A stretch of 32,000 nt of DNA, taken from contig JAIZWK010000001.1 in NCBI GenBank assembly GCA_021498095.1, positions 270,001-302,000 of the forward strand, read 5' to 3'. This DNA is from Candidatus Harpocratesius repetitus. Its GTDB lineage: Archaea; Asgardarchaeota; Lokiarchaeia; Sigyniarchaeales; Promethearchaeaceae. Numbering within the stretch: the first letter of the stretch is position 1; each line of letters opens with the position of its first letter. Position numbers and translations under genes: made by a program. This document shows positions 29,013-32,000 of the stretch, piece after piece. The notes below the pieces were generated by a model that was not told the origin of the DNA, did no database searches, and saw only the letters and a program-made list of their open reading frames with translations.

Positions 29013-29348
29013 ATGTCAACTTCACAAGTGCGGACTCTGGCTCGACTTAATCGATTAATCACATTACAGCAACAACTTCAATTTTATGAAAAGAGTACCG
29101 ATTACTACAAGCAGGGATTAAATGCATTCAAAGCTTATGTTGAATGCGTGCGTGAATTTAATAAACCACGTGATTTAGTCAATTCATATATTCGCATGGC
29201 AAAATACTGCGAAAAAATGGAAGACTTGTTATTATCTAGAGACTTATATCATGAAGCGATGAATTTAATGATTACATTTCAAATTGGTACCAAAGTAAAT
29301 ATTCGTAATTTAAGACAAAAAATCCAAGCACTTCGTCATTTTTATTAA
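29013..29348 (+). CDS. Small all-helical TPR-like hypothetical protein
   Basis: 111 aa; LVNSYIRMAKYCEKMEDLLLSRDLYHEAMNL resembles one TPR unit. Confidence 0.65.
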   Translation: MSTSQVRTLARLNRLITLQQQLQFYEKSTDYYKQGLNAFKAYVECVREFNKPRDLVNSYIRMAKYCEKMEDLLLSRDLYHEAMNLMITFQIGTKVNIRNLRQKIQALRHFY

Positions 29349-29545
29349 TACTTGTCATATCATAGCCTTATCTCTCTTCCCCAATAAATCCTTCAACCGA
29401 ATATTCTCCGTTCGTTTTTTTTTTCTTTTTTTCTACTTTTATTTCATAATTAGTGAAACATCACAAAAAAAGTAATGATAAGGTGAAGAAAAGATAAAAA
29501 ATTTGGAAATGATAAATTCAAGAAAAAATTAAGATAAAGATAGTT

Positions 29546-30151
29546 CTATTTAAATTCTTCTACAACAAGTGAACGAGAATGATTAAACGTAGAGGAGTGC
29601 CCTAAGCTGAGAGAATTCGTGCCAGAAGGATCCCAATCAGAGCGCCATTCTACAATAATTTGATAAGTTCCAGCTGATAGACTTTCGGTTATTAGATTAA
29701 GATATATAAATTGGCTTATTTGTCGATAAGCTGAAAGTGCATCTTGTTCAAAATACCTTACAGTTCCGGTGCGTTCCTTTATTCCTACAACAGAAATTCT
29801 AAAGGAAAAAATAGTATGATTTTGGAAACCAGTTCCAAGAGTTAAAAAAGCGATTGCTGAAAATGTAGCTGAAATTTTTGAATTAGTACTAATGGAGATA
29901 TTGACATTCATTTCTGGGATTGTTTGATAATCTCCCGTATCATAATCAAAAATATATGCATACGTTTTTGATTCAACATTAATACGTTGAAGAATAATTC
30001 CTTCATCGGATGTTTCATATTGATTTAGATCTGCAGTTAAATTAGGATAAAGTAGGGGTAATCCAAAATACCCTCCCGCTCCAATAATTATCAATGTTAG
30101 AAATACACTAATAATCACCGTTCCAAACATTGAAGATGAATTTTTCGCCAT
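29546..30151 (-). CDS. Bitopic membrane protein with extracellular beta-sandwich domain
   Basis: N-terminal TM GTVIISVFLTLIIIGAGGYFGL; beta-rich body (IPEMNVNISISTNSKISATFS...LSAGTYQIIVEWRS); AGGAAGG upstream of ATG. Confidence 0.75.
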   Translation of the reverse strand: MAKNSSSMFGTVIISVFLTLIIIGAGGYFGLPLLYPNLTADLNQYETSDEGIILQRINVESKTYAYIFDYDTGDYQTIPEMNVNISISTNSKISATFSAIAFLTLGTGFQNHTIFSFRISVVGIKERTGTVRYFEQDALSAYRQISQFIYLNLITESLSAGTYQIIVEWRSDWDPSGTNSLSLGHSSTFNHSRSLVVEEFK

Positions 30152-30268
30152 ATTTCTATCCTTCCTTTTAATTCATGTTATTTTTTTATTTACATCACAA
30201 GGTATTCATATAGCTTTATTTCATGAAAAAAAATATATTATAAGTGAACAAATTTCACTTTATCAACG

Positions 30269-30574
30269 TTAATTCTCTGCAGAAATCCGTCGAAGTTCAA
30301 ATAATGCATTCAATTCATCCAATATTGCCCTCTTTGATGATTGAACATTTATTGGTTTAGGAGCAATTCTTGGAGGTAGTCTAAAATGTGGAGTAGATCT
30401 TAAAGTACCAACTGTTGTACTAAGAGTAGAAGAAGGTAATTGTTTACGATTTACAGATATATCACCTTTCATGATTAATTGTTCAAAATTGTTGTTTAAT
30501 TTCACTAACATATTGGACATTTGAGCGATCATTTCTTTTATATCTATAGATGTAGTCAAGGACATTCTGGGCAC
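30269..30574 (-). CDS. Hypothetical protein (coiled-coil, S/T/P-rich linker, C-terminal amphipathic helix); probably extends to ATG 30675 across a one-base frameshift
   Basis: ORF-track call starts at GTG, but the frame is open upstream to about 30658. Upstream ATG 30675 encodes MLGRPKK and would join it if the A6 run (30655-30660) were A7. Confidence 0.6.
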   Translation of the reverse strand: MPRMSLTTSIDIKEMIAQMSNMLVKLNNNFEQLIMKGDISVNRKQLPSSTLSTTVGTLRSTPHFRLPPRIAPKPINVQSSKRAILDELNALFELRRISAEN

Positions 30575-30835
30575 AAAACAGGTATTATTTCCAGTAATTA
30601 CTCCATTCCATCTTCGATATTGATGTACAATGGCTCGAATAGTGGAAGATATTCTTTTTTAGGGCGTCCTAACATAGGATAACACATGATCAATGTGATT
30701 TAAACATTTTCAAAATATCAGATTACGAACTGACTTGAAATAGATGCTTAAGATAGTGTACGCTTTGCTCATAAATTTCAACTAAATTGCCAAAAATAAA
30801 TATTTGAAAGATTATTTGGGAATAATTTAAAAAAT

Positions 30836-31405
30836 ATGGCTTCTCTTAATCATACTATGGATAATTCCAAACTTTTATGGAAACAACGCCAAGAAAAAGT
30901 GATATTCCGGAACCAATACATTGGGTTAAGAAATGATGAAGTTGAAAGACCTGACGGGGAATTGGGGCATTATATTGTTATTGAAAATCGGAATTTCGTA
31001 AATGTATTTTGTCATACTCCAAACAATACATTTTTGATGGTATATCAGTATCGTTATCCTTGGAAATGTTTTTCTTGGGAACCTCCATCCGGTATTATTG
31101 AAACAAGTAAAGGTGAAACACCTGAAGAAGCTGCTCGTCGTGAGGTAGAAGAAGAAACAGGATTTAGGGTAAAATCACTAATAAAGCTGGCAAAAGTTCA
31201 TCCATTTGCAATGTGTGCGGGATGGGCGCATGTATTTTATGCCGAAGTCGTTCACTCTGGAAATCAACATTTAGATCCAGGGGAATTTCTTATATTCGAG
31301 GAAAAAACACCAGTTCAAATTGAAAAATTAATTGAACAAGGCGTTTTTTTACATGGAATGTCGCTGTTAGGTTGGGAAATAGTCAAAAAACAGTTTTTAA
31401 AATAA
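30836..31405 (+). CDS. Nudix hydrolase (ADP-ribose pyrophosphatase-like)
   Basis: Nudix box GIIETSKGETPEEAARREVEEETGF; upstream VYQYRYP...WEPPSG and downstream LDPGEF motifs. Confidence 0.92.
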   Translation: MASLNHTMDNSKLLWKQRQEKVIFRNQYIGLRNDEVERPDGELGHYIVIENRNFVNVFCHTPNNTFLMVYQYRYPWKCFSWEPPSGIIETSKGETPEEAARREVEEETGFRVKSLIKLAKVHPFAMCAGWAHVFYAEVVHSGNQHLDPGEFLIFEEKTPVQIEKLIEQGVFLHGMSLLGWEIVKKQFLK

Positions 31406-31552
31406 CATTCTTCAGTATTTAAAAGCATAGCAAAAGCTTTAATGCTCACCATATTGAATAAATATCTAAGAAACGCATTGTTCCATTCGCTCATATTATA
31501 ATTATTAAAGTATAAGAAATAAGTAAGATAAAAAAATAGGAGAAAAATAAAA

Positions 31553-31951
31553 GTGATCTTTACCGATGCTGATTTAATTCGCCTTCTTTTTACATTCTGG
31601 GCTGCTGCACATGTAGCACATTTAATTGCCTTTATTTTCGCCAATCTAGATGATATATTTATTTCAAAGATTTTCTTTTTAGGAGATCTTGCAGGATGGG
31701 GCTTAGTTTGTGGACTAACAGTACTTATGATTAATGTTTGGCAAGTACCACGCTGGATGATCTGGGGTTTCTACATTCTTCATATTCTCATAATCTCAAC
31801 TATCTTTTCTGATTTAGCTTTATATCAAGATTCAATCGCTTTAACAGATATCAAGGAATTAATTCGAGAAACGTTAATTGAATCCATCGTTATCCCATGG
31901 GGTGTAGGTATTGTGGTTGGCGTTATCAGCGCGGTGATTTTCGGGCTCTAA
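31553..31951 (+). CDS. Small integral membrane protein (about 4 TM)
   Basis: 132 aa with four hydrophobic segments; start codon (GTG) uncertain. Confidence 0.65.
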   Translation: MIFTDADLIRLLFTFWAAAHVAHLIAFIFANLDDIFISKIFFLGDLAGWGLVCGLTVLMINVWQVPRWMIWGFYILHILIISTIFSDLALYQDSIALTDIKELIRETLIESIVIPWGVGIVVGVISAVIFGL

Positions 31952-32000
31952 AAATAAATTATAAGGATCGGGCTCCCTTACTTTAATAAGGTTCATGTGC

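Noticed and set aside
28849-29058. 69-aa plus-strand ORF
   Set aside because: Derived from a T-rich terminator-like tract (poly-Phe/Ser); overlaps the next gene.
30680-30700. Short inverted repeat CACAT-N5-ATGTG near a divergent promoter
   Set aside because: 5-bp arms are expected by chance; no second copy was noticed.
31315-31644. 109-aa minus-strand ORF with CATC
   Set aside because: Overlaps two plus-strand genes; the CxxC is the antisense of AAAHVA codons.
27706-32000. Integrated element downstream of tRNA-Tyr
   Set aside because: No integrase, transposase, terminal repeats or duplicated tRNA 3' end were seen.

Overview
AT-rich (roughly 30% GC by eye, not computed) archaeal DNA, most likely from an Asgard archaeon of the Lokiarchaeia type. 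Support: an intron-containing archaeal-type tRNA-Tyr(GTA) with a C1-G72 pair and short variable arm, an eL13-like domain, a PGF/Loki-CTERM-type sorting tail, several longin-like proteins and GGTGA/GGAGGT ribosome-binding sites. The centrepiece is a 2,598-codon type-I membrane surface protein (DUF2341-like region, PA14-like module, about 15 Ig-like repeats, one TM helix, about 75-aa cytoplasmic tail). It appears translationally coupled to a uDENN/longin + tandem winged-helix protein of NPRL2/3-like architecture and faces a stand-alone longin gene. The rest is mostly housekeeping and catabolic genes: TPR protein, SDR epimerase, ferredoxin-nitroreductase, M28 and C25 peptidases, a dolichol/phytol-kinase-like protein, GH13 alpha-glucosidase, DUF89 phosphatase, class-V PLP enzyme and Nudix hydrolase. 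Four things missed by the ORF track were found by manual reading: a partial LTD + HEXXH metalloprotease gene at the left edge, the tRNA, an internally deleted alpha-amylase relic, and a probable frameshifted N-terminus of the 30269..30574 gene. All family assignments are motif recognition by eye; no database searches were run.
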